Below, one piece after another: positions 32,701-35,700 of a stretch of DNA of 64,000 nucleotides. Below the pieces are notes generated by a model. It was given only the letters and a program-made list of their open reading frames with translations, was not told the origin of the DNA and searched no databases. The translations under genes and the position numbers were made by a program. The first letter of the stretch is position 1. Every line of letters starts with the position of its first letter. The stretch comes from Omnitrophica bacterium RIFCSPLOWO2_12_FULL_50_11 (GTDB lineage Bacteria > Omnitrophota > Omnitrophia > Omnitrophales > Danuiimicrobiaceae): contig MHFT01000024.1 in NCBI GenBank assembly GCA_001804315.1, forward strand, positions 13,610 to 77,609. The letters run 5' to 3'.

Positions 32701-35700
32701 GAAACAAGACAGGTCCGACTTGTTGGGCGCATCCGACTTCATACAGTTGTCATCGCGAGGCCAGCATCCCAAGAATGGGCTGAAGCAATACGATGCCTCC
32801 GTCATTACGAGGAAGCGTAGGGGCAATGACGAAGTAATCTCGGATGCGAGATTACTTCGTCATCCCTTGGGGTTGCTTCCTCGCAATGACGGTCAGGATG
32901 CAATTGCTTCGTCAACGCCTGGTCCGCTGCCTCGCGATAACGTTGGCATTGCTGCATCGAGCGGGATACGCGCCGCGGTGCAGAGTGGACAGGAACTGGA
33001 AGACTTGATCATTCCGCATTCCGCACTCCCCATTCCGCACTTGGAAACACGGCCTGAGGTGCGGAGCGGGGACAAATCACGAGGGGATGCGAGCGCTCCT
33101 CCTGACCGTGTCAAACAATGGGAAGAGAATATCGGTGCCGTGAAAAGGATGTTGAGCAAGTTTTTTCAGGAAGGCAATGACCTAAATTATGCCTTGCTTT
33201 TGTTTGGAAACATCCTCGTGAACGATCCCGTTAGAATCGATTACATGGAGAAATTGATGAATGCTTTGAAGAAACAAAAGGGGCCTCGTAGAGACAAAAA
33301 CGCAAGACACGGCGTAGAGCTTACGCCTGACGATCTTAGAGATTTGCTCGATTGGGTAATCGGAGACGTCGCCTATTTAAGCTCTCCGCCTAATAGGAAG
33401 GACGACGGACCTGTTATGTGGATGTGGGTTCCATACAGAGACCTACCCGAAGAACTCATAACCGAAATTGTGAAATATCGAACGCCTAAAAAGAATTTTG
33501 ATGATGCGGCTGACGCATGGAGAGCATATCAGGCGCAGGGTGATAAGAAGCTAATCGGATTTAAGTCATTCTATGATAAGCACTTTAAAAAAAGAGGGGC
33601 GATGGCGTCTGGCGATCAGGCTTTTGATTCGTATTCGTTTCATTTTTTACCTACGAGAAAGCATGATGATTTGAAACTAGGGATTGACACTGACTGGGCC
33701 GGCAGAGGATTGGGCAGAGGATTGGTTGCGTTCAGGGACGTACCTCGAGGTCGAAAACTTGTTGTAAATCGGCTCCGGCAATCTGAACAGGTTTATGGAA
33801 TGTCTCAACATTTGTTTTACATTGAATTAGAGCACGTCAAAAATCGGCTTATTGTTCACACCCACCAACACGGCGGTAGTCGGACGAGTCAATTGAGGAC
33901 TTCCGATCGTGAGTTGTATGATTACTTGAAACATGTACCGGATAAAGCCTTCGCTTTGTTAATAGACCGACTGGATGAGGTACTTGCAGCTTTAGGATGG
34001 TCGGCAGCCGATCAAATCCAGGATTTTGAGATTGTCTCAGCCAGCAAGGTCGCTTATGAATGGTCCACGGTCTCGGCCTCAACGGTTATGACAGCTTATA
34101 TGGATTTTCCACAGCGCCTTGGATTTCATATGGTAGAACGTAAGCCCAATGAGATCCGGAATGCGCCAGGCGACCAAGCCATGTGGAGAGAAAGCGTGTG
34201 GTACTGGAGCCGGCCGCTTGCGGATATGAAGAAACCTCCGAAAGTTCAGATCGAGACGCCGTCTTCTTTCCGTCCGGAAGTGAGAATCCTGGAGACGCGG
34301 GCTGAGGTGCGGGAAACAAAAGTAAGAAGCACGAAGCTGGAAGCAGGAGCGCAAAAGTCTCTCGCTTCAGGCCTCGCGTTTCACGCCGGCGGCAAAGCCG
34401 CCTCCCGCTCTGAAATGCGGATAAATCCGAGGAGCACTGAGGAATTGCGCGAACAGTTGATGACTCTTGTAAGGGAGATCGTCATTCTGCTTGATCTTCT
34501 CACGGTAGATCCCCGTCGGGAGAACCGGAAGGAACTTGAAACCGAGATTACGGAGCTGAGAAGGCAGCTCAGTGAACAAAAAGAGTTTGTGAACGAAGAT
34601 CAACATCAAATCTTTGACAAGCTTGTGGGAGAAGTTAAATCGCTCATTGATTTAGTATCGGCTTCCAAGCTGCCTCTTTCTACTCAATTGATACGAGAAC
34701 ATACTCAGCGTATTTACAGTAACATCCAAGAGCTGGAATTTAAGCCTACGGGGGAACAAAAAGATGCAATAAGTGCGGAAACAGAACGCTTCGAGCTCGC
34801 GAAGTTGATTAGAGCTAAGGATGTCGAGGGTATTGCTGACATGCTTTCGAGAAGCGACGAGGTGCCAATAAAGGTAGATGCGATCAGGGCACTGGGTCTA
34901 TTGAAGGCCAGTCAATATGCAGATTTGATCGTTCCATACTTAACCTTTTTCACACCACCCTTCGGCGAGGGTGTGCGGCTGACTGCAATTACTGCATTAA
35001 GAAATTTAAATGCAAAACAATATCTAACTGAGATTGCGAAGAAATTCACAGATCCCACACTAAGCGTTCGCAGTAGGGCAGCCGGAGTGATTGGGGCATT
35101 CGGGGATCCAACATACATCCCCCAACTGAAGGAACTATTGAATGACAAATCCGCCGCGGTGCGGCTTGCAGCGGCAAAAGCTTTGCAGAAATTCGGAGTG
35201 GACATTCCTGAAGAATACCGCTCCGAAGCGCGGAGCAATGATGATGTCTTTATGAGGATCGCAGCTTCTTTGCCAGAGGAGTGGCGGGAAAAAATTCAAG
35301 CAGTGCAGACAAAACCAGCTAACAGGGATGTTTTCCCCTCGTGGATACAAGCGCTGAATGAAGCGGAAGCGACGCGCCTACACTCCATTCTAACGGATCG
35401 CGTGCCAGTAGATGTAATTGAGTCCTTTTTCCTGAACAGCCCGCACTTTCTTGCAAGCGATCCCGATCAGCGTCATCAAGTGGCAGTTTCGATTGCAGAG
35501 ACGCTAGAGGATGTACGTCGGCTTTTAAGATCTTGGATTGAAGAGCTGGATCGCGACCCGCATGCGCGACGTCCTGCAGCGATCCCTGCGCGCCAGATGA
35601 CCACCCCTGCTGAGACAAGAGGTGTCCGGCCGCAAGAAGAACGAGAAGAGTGGGTATCAGAGGAGGAAGCTGCCAGACGCGCGCGCTTCATTGAGTGGGC

